Virus record (IMG/VR): IMGVR_UViG_3300026521_000003
Location: 1-64,000 of that record
DNA: 64,000 bases
Strand: one strand, 5' to 3'
Below the pieces are notes generated by a model. It worked only from the letters and a program-made list of their open reading frames with translations, had not been told where the DNA came from and ran no database searches. Below are positions 59,244-64,000 of this stretch, in pieces. Each line of letters begins with the position of its first letter. The first letter of the stretch is position 1. The position numbers and the translations under genes are program-made.

Positions 59244-60476
59244 TTATTTTGTAGCTAGCCATTCTTTTCTAATTGATGCATTATCATCAAAAAATATTTG
59301 CATTAATTCATCTAAATGTCCTTGATCAGTAATATTAAAGGCATATTCATCCAAATTTGAAAATACATATTCCCAATCCGGCTTTTGCATAGATCCTAAT
59401 CCTTTAAAGTAATCAATTTTCCACGAATCATCAACCGCACCAGATTCTTTAGCTTCATCAAATTCATGTCTATTTGAATAATATAATACTTTTTTACCTT
59501 TTTTTGCAGCAATCATAGGAAATACAATTCTATTAATAAATGGGTTTTCATGATCCCAAAATAGTTCTGGGAAATATTCATGGAATAAATTAACAACAAG
59601 ATTATTAATAGCACTTCCATCTGGATCAGCATCAGTTGCTATATAAATTTTTGAATATTTCAATTTCGTATCAAAAGCAGGACGTAACCATTTATGAAAT
59701 CTAACTAATTTAGCAGTAGAATCAGCTTTTTTAATCTCTATACTTTGTGTTGTTTTTGGCATTTTTTTAAGTAACATAGACACTTTATGCCATTTTTTAT
59801 CAATATATACTTCATCGATGTCATTGCAAATTAATGTCGTTCTACCTATTTTAACTTCGTATTTAACACCATTTTTTCTAAATCCTCTAAATTCCCATTT
59901 TCTTCTAAAATGAAAATAATCTGGGGCTGAAAGATCAGAAATTGTAGCGTCACTTGTTTCTATTTTTTGAATATATCCACGATATAGTGTTTCATTATTT
60001 ACCAACTCACCAATACTAACCCATTTTTTATTTAAGTGGAATTTATCTTCTGAGCTAACAATTACTGTTTTGATTATAGGTTCACCTTCTTTATCAACTT
60101 CAAAAATACTTTCAAAAGTTACCTCATATATATTCACATTATCACTAATCACCCAATCACCCATTTGTTCATTAAACTCAAGATTTATTGCTGTAATTAT
60201 ATCAGCTACTTCATCATTATTCATTGCATCTATTGGTGCTTTACCATAAACATTTAAAACTTTACCTTTTAATGGCATCCCTGCTTGTGTCTCTGGATCC
60301 CTAATCTCAGTAAATGAAGCTATTGCAGAATTATGTGTTAATAATCCATTTTCAAGAATAAATGTTTCATTATCTTCTACTTGTATATCATTCATATTAA
60401 TGACTTTATTAGTACTATAAACACTATTAATTTCTACCATATCAAATTCATCAATATTTATTTCATTCAATTGCAT
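59244..60476 (-). CDS. Split-intein C-half fused to type II topoisomerase TOPRIM fragment (gp39/gp60, GyrB C-terminal-like)
   Basis: NDIQVEDNETFILENGLLTHN|SAIA (the SA of EGDSA), PLKGKVLNV, IATDADPDG, YFKGLGS. Confidence 0.9.
   Translation of the reverse strand: MQLNEINIDEFDMVEINSVYSTNKVINMNDIQVEDNETFILENGLLTHNSAIASFTEIRDPETQAGMPLKGKVLNVYGKAPIDAMNNDEVADIITAINLEFNEQMGDWVISDNVNIYEVTFESIFEVDKEGEPIIKTVIVSSEDKFHLNKKWVSIGELVNNETLYRGYIQKIETSDATISDLSAPDYFHFRRKWEFRGFRKNGVKYEVKIGRTTLICNDIDEVYIDKKWHKVSMLLKKMPKTTQSIEIKKADSTAKLVRFHKWLRPAFDTKLKYSKIYIATDADPDGSAINNLVVNLFHEYFPELFWDHENPFINRIVFPMIAAKKGKKVLYYSNRHEFDEAKESGAVDDSWKIDYFKGLGSMQKPDWEYVFSNLDEYAFNITDQGHLDELMQIFFDDNASIRKEWLATK
60330..60476 (-). other. 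Split intein C-fragment (49 aa, acidic), Ser+1 at 60329-60327
   Basis: Block F DIQV...TF and block G LTHN followed by Ser. Confidence 0.88.
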
Positions 60477-60545
60477 TTAATCTCCTTATATTATACTTTA
60501 TTTTACAATTTTTTATTTTATTATATTATAAAGAAATCAATTTAT

Positions 60546-61094
60546 CTAATTAATTTCTCTAGTAGAATGTATTTTTATTAATTCATCAGGATATTCTTCT
60601 TTGAAGATATTATAAAGTGATTCGAATTTTTTATAATTTGAATCATATATCAATGTAAATTCTTTAGAATTATAATTTATAGATTTATGAGTAGTAAATA
60701 CCAATCTAATAAAATCTAATAATACTTTGTTAATATCATTATTTACAATTTTATTAGTATCAGATAAAATGATGATTTCTTTATTTCGATCTTCATAAAC
60801 AATTAATTCAATATCATATCCTATTTCTAAAGTCAAATTCAATATATATTTTCTAATAATATTAGTGATACCTAAATTGTTAGTTAATACTTTATCAGAA
60901 TTCATTATACTGTCTGGCATTAGTGTATAATGTGTAATTGTAGTTTTTATAGGTTCTATGATAGTTTCAATTTTATATTGGTTCTCAAACCAATCAAATG
61001 ACGGTATAAGAGAAGCGTAGTAAACGTCTTGACCTATACCAAAATAATGTTTTAAGACACCAATAGATTTAAGGTTCTTATTACTGTACATCAC
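60546..61094 (-). CDS. Hypothetical protein
   Basis: Open ORF. Confidence 0.55.
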   Translation of the reverse strand: MMYSNKNLKSIGVLKHYFGIGQDVYYASLIPSFDWFENQYKIETIIEPIKTTITHYTLMPDSIMNSDKVLTNNLGITNIIRKYILNLTLEIGYDIELIVYEDRNKEIIILSDTNKIVNNDINKVLLDFIRLVFTTHKSINYNSKEFTLIYDSNYKKFESLYNIFKEEYPDELIKIHSTREIN

Positions 61095-61716
61095 TTAAAC
61101 TAGTAATTACCTTATCAATAAAGCCTTCTTCCGCTGCTTCTTCTGGAGATAACCACCAATCTCTATCAGTTTTCTTTTTCATCTCTTCAAAAGAAGTTTT
61201 GCCACCTGTAAATTCTGATAAATATCTATTTAATTTTTCATAAAGTTTTCTCGTTTCTTCAACACTTCTTTCCATATCAACGTACTGCGTACCACCTTGA
61301 ATACCACTCATTACCTGATGATACATTAATCTACTATTTGGAAGTGAATAACGTTTACCTTGTGCTCCTCCAGATACTAAAAATGACCCCATAGATGCAG
61401 CACTACCAATACAAATAGTAACAACATCATTAGGTATTAAATTCATAGTATCCAAAACAGCCAAACCATCAGAAACACTTCCACCCGGAGAATTAATATA
61501 AAAGTAAATATCTGCTTCTGGATCTTCAGAAGATAATACTAACAATTGCATAATAATCGACATAGCTGACTGATTATTTACATCACTATTCAACATAACA
61601 ATTCGGTCTTTTAAAAGTCTTGATGGTAAATCAAAACTACGTTCTCTATCTCCATCATTCTCAATTACAATGGGAGCGTATGCTGCTTTTGGTTTTAAAT
61701 TTTGTTCTAAATTCAT
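61081..61716 (-). CDS. clpP: ATP-dependent Clp protease proteolytic subunit (bacterial type)
   Basis: ERSFDLPSRLLKDRI, YINSPGGS, AASMGS, MYHQ, DRDWWL; triad intact. Confidence 0.93.
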   Translation of the reverse strand: MNLEQNLKPKAAYAPIVIENDGDRERSFDLPSRLLKDRIVMLNSDVNNQSAMSIIMQLLVLSSEDPEADIYFYINSPGGSVSDGLAVLDTMNLIPNDVVTICIGSAASMGSFLVSGGAQGKRYSLPNSRLMYHQVMSGIQGGTQYVDMERSVEETRKLYEKLNRYLSEFTGGKTSFEEMKKKTDRDWWLSPEEAAEEGFIDKVITSLSDVQ

Positions 61717-61773
61717 TATGTTCCTTCTAAAATTAATTTAGTATATTATATATTATTCTACATTAATTTTATA

Positions 61774-62190
61774 TTAAATTATTGATATATAATTTATTAA
61801 ATCGTCTGTGATACTTATTTCGGGCTCTAAATATTGTATATCTTGAAAATAATCTTTAAATTTTTCTCTACTAATGTCTATATCTATTATATTTTTTTCA
61901 ATATTAAAACTACCTGGAAAAGATAATTTTTTATATTTTAGTTCATACATATGAAATAATAAATTTCTAGGAGTATTCCTATCACTTATATAAATATACG
62001 TTAATGTATTAAAGCTATTTTTAATTAAATATAATTTTCGATAAAATGGCAGATCCCATAATATATGATGGAATTCATAAATATCCTGATCACTACCTAA
62101 TAATTTTAAAAATAATTCAGGTTTACTCGTTTTTAAAACTTGCATTATTATTTCAAATTGACTTATAGCGGGAATTTCTTGAAGTTTCAT
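61774..62190 (-). CDS. Hypothetical protein
   Basis: ORF in an operon. Confidence 0.5.
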   Translation of the reverse strand: MKLQEIPAISQFEIIMQVLKTSKPELFLKLLGSDQDIYEFHHILWDLPFYRKLYLIKNSFNTLTYIYISDRNTPRNLLFHMYELKYKKLSFPGSFNIEKNIIDIDISREKFKDYFQDIQYLEPEISITDDLINYISII

Positions 62191-62522
62191 GAAAAAATCA
62201 CTTTACCAGTTATACTTTTATTACTGATATTATTAATATTTCTCCATCGTTTGAGTTTTTCAAATTCATTAGGTATAACATTAACAATAGTTTCCATAAC
62301 CCTTGTCGATGTACCAAACATAGCTTTCTCCTTTTTTGGATTCGCTCTAGGTATTTTTGACATATTGAGATCATTTAATCCTATTTTTTGTCGCATTAAA
62401 TCATATGATCTAACAGATTCAAAATAATTAAGGATTGACTGCGCATATAATAATTCTTTCTTTAAATATTTAATCCTTTGCTGATACCATATCCATTGTT
62501 TTATTCTTTTAATATCAACCAT
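62187..62522 (-). CDS. Hypothetical protein
   Basis: ORF in an operon. Confidence 0.5.
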   Translation of the reverse strand: MVDIKRIKQWIWYQQRIKYLKKELLYAQSILNYFESVRSYDLMRQKIGLNDLNMSKIPRANPKKEKAMFGTSTRVMETIVNVIPNEFEKLKRWRNINNISNKSITGKVIFS

Positions 62523-62794
62523 TTTTTAAACCCACCCCTTTTTTTAAGCTTATTAATCCTTGCAGACTCTATTTCATCTCTATAAATACCTTGAAATTCA
62601 GCCATAGCATATATAATCTCAATAACATCAGCATACTCTTCAATATCATTAAAAGCTGTTTCGGAAAGCTCTTCTAATTCTTCATATATTTTATCTTTCA
62701 AAAAAATAAATTTTTCTGAAATATCTTCAGCAATATATAGTCGATTAGTATCGATAATAGATTCGTATTTATCTCTAATTAATTTACTCATCAT
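62501..62794 (-). CDS. MazG-like nucleoside triphosphate pyrophosphohydrolase
   Basis: KLIRDK...KIYEELEE...EEYADVIEII...R..K..KRGGF. Confidence 0.8.
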   Translation of the reverse strand: MMSKLIRDKYESIIDTNRLYIAEDISEKFIFLKDKIYEELEELSETAFNDIEEYADVIEIIYAMAEFQGIYRDEIESARINKLKKRGGFKKWLILKE

Positions 62795-62984
62795 TCACCC
62801 TTATAAATTTTTGTTGAAATTCTTCAATAGTCCTAATATATGGATTATGAGTTTTCACAAACATTTCAATATAACCACCTGCTGGAACCCATATATTATC
62901 AACTTAAATCGAACAAAAAAATTGAGGCTTATACTTTTTTTTATTTTTATAATGCATATAAGGTATGTTTAGTTCTATATTCAA
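62784..62984 (-). pseudogene. Small DUF1653-like gene interrupted by an in-frame TAA
   Basis: TTG start coupled to the upstream TGA; YMHYKNKKKY...CSI*VDNIW...Y...YIRTIEEFQQKF; stop at 62906-62904. Confidence 0.55.
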
Positions 62985-63238
62985 AGTTGCTCCCCTGTCA
63001 TATCAGCAACATATATAAGTAGATTTAACGTAGATTTACCACTTATAGGATTTACATCAGTAGAAATTTTTAATGTATCAACAATATCAATTGCTAACCA
63101 TTTATTTTTCTTATCTTTCTCAGATAATGTATTTCGTACTTCCGAACTAATAACTTGTTCTAAATCATCTAACATATCTATATCTATTGATACGTTTATA
63201 GCTTTCCATTTTCTATTTTTCCTATACATAGTCACCAT
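62981..63238 (-). CDS. Hypothetical protein
   Basis: ORF in an operon. Confidence 0.5.
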   Translation of the reverse strand: MVTMYRKNRKWKAINVSIDIDMLDDLEQVISSEVRNTLSEKDKKNKWLAIDIVDTLKISTDVNPISGKSTLNLLIYVADMTGEQL

Positions 63239-63247
63239 ACTATAACC

Positions 63248-63478
63248 CTATTCTTGAATTAATAGATGATCAATTTGTATTTTTAAATCTTCCATCTTTT
63301 TCATAGTTAATTCTTTAGTTTTAGAATCCCATACACCCCATAAATGCGACGGTGATGATTTGACTATCCGATCTGATGTTTTAAATACATACTTATAAAC
63401 TCTTTCTTCTGGTTTAAATTCAATATCTAATATTGGTAGGGTCTTAAAGATTCTACCATCATCTAATTTAGTAATCAT
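63248..63478 (-). CDS. Free-standing HINT/intein-like fragment
   Basis: VYKYVFKTSDRIVKSSPSHLWGV...KKMEDLKI..D resembles intein block B and the following strands; no block A or G. Confidence 0.5.
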   Translation of the reverse strand: MITKLDDGRIFKTLPILDIEFKPEERVYKYVFKTSDRIVKSSPSHLWGVWDSKTKELTMKKMEDLKIQIDHLLIQE

Positions 63479-63903
63479 AATACACTTTCAATGAATGAAG
63501 GACAATCAATACTTATTTTTTTATATAAATCATCGTGTATATTTAAAATATCATTCATTTTCTTAATAATGTCATCCGACACATATAAAAAATATTTTTC
63601 AGCATCATCACGAGTTTTAAAAAATTTAATACCTTTTGAATTTGCTTCCCATCTAGATAATTTAGTTCCATCTTTCATTATAAGTGTTAAACGTGTTATA
63701 GAATCATCACCATGCCAATATCTTCGATCGCCTATTTCGATAGAAACTTCTTGAGGTTCAATATAATCAACATCCACATGTTGTTTTTCATCACCTGCAT
63801 ATTTCTCGATTCTTATCCCAGAAACCCAAAACCGCTTATTCTCTTTTTTCATAGCTGAACGCAAAACAGTTTTTGGAGAAACTTGTGTGATTACTCTTGA
63901 CAT
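63475..63903 (-). CDS. Hypothetical protein
   Basis: ORF in an operon. Confidence 0.55.
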   Translation of the reverse strand: MSRVITQVSPKTVLRSAMKKENKRFWVSGIRIEKYAGDEKQHVDVDYIEPQEVSIEIGDRRYWHGDDSITRLTLIMKDGTKLSRWEANSKGIKFFKTRDDAEKYFLYVSDDIIKKMNDILNIHDDLYKKISIDCPSFIESVL

Positions 63904-64000
63904 TATTAATTACCGTTATTATAATCATATAATTTTTTTGCACCATAAGCTAAAGCCACAGAAATACCACCATCAAATATCCCTGCTATTAGCATAGCTG

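Noticed and set aside
61734-61745. Target of the TnpB-remnant guide (12-bp match to the right flank TATACTAAATTA)
   Set aside because: Short AT-only-like match expected by chance, and no TTTAT motif is adjacent.
62904-62906. Stop-codon reassignment in this phage
   Set aside because: TAA, TAG and TGA all end well-defined genes, and long genes are uninterrupted in the standard code.
1-64000. tRNA or rRNA genes
   Set aside because: No intergenic gap shows a cloverleaf or a GC-rich rRNA-like segment.

Overview
Very AT-rich, gene-dense segment of a large T4-superfamily-like (jumbo) bacteriophage. It carries gp61-like primase, gp44-like clamp loader, T4-type RNase H, PolB, topoisomerase II, a UvsY-like protein, TATAAATA late-promoter motifs and large tail-fibre/receptor-binding genes. 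Host-derived genes (CheY, flagellin, FlaG, dimeric dUTPase, ClpP, DnaJ) look Campylobacterota-like, so the host is probably in that phylum (inference). Two systems stand out. (1) A phage-encoded flagellar/chemotaxis module: a minimal flagellin with its own sigma28-type promoter, two CsrA-type GGA-loop hairpins in the leader and a terminator, followed by a FliS-like gene and FlaG, with an intact CheY 4 kb away. (2) Fractured replication genes: PolB split at DTD|S by a Ser1/Ser+1 split intein whose halves lie about 20 kb apart, a topoisomerase II C-terminal fragment led by a second, oppositely charged split-intein C-half, a free-standing intein-like middle fragment, and an NAD-dependent ligase lacking its N-terminal part. 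Also present: three tandem RBP+partner cassettes, an internally deleted IS200/IS605 (TnpB) element, two homing-endonuclease-like genes, FolE, NMN adenylyltransferase and a CCA-adding enzyme. All calls come from motif recognition by eye; no database searches were run.
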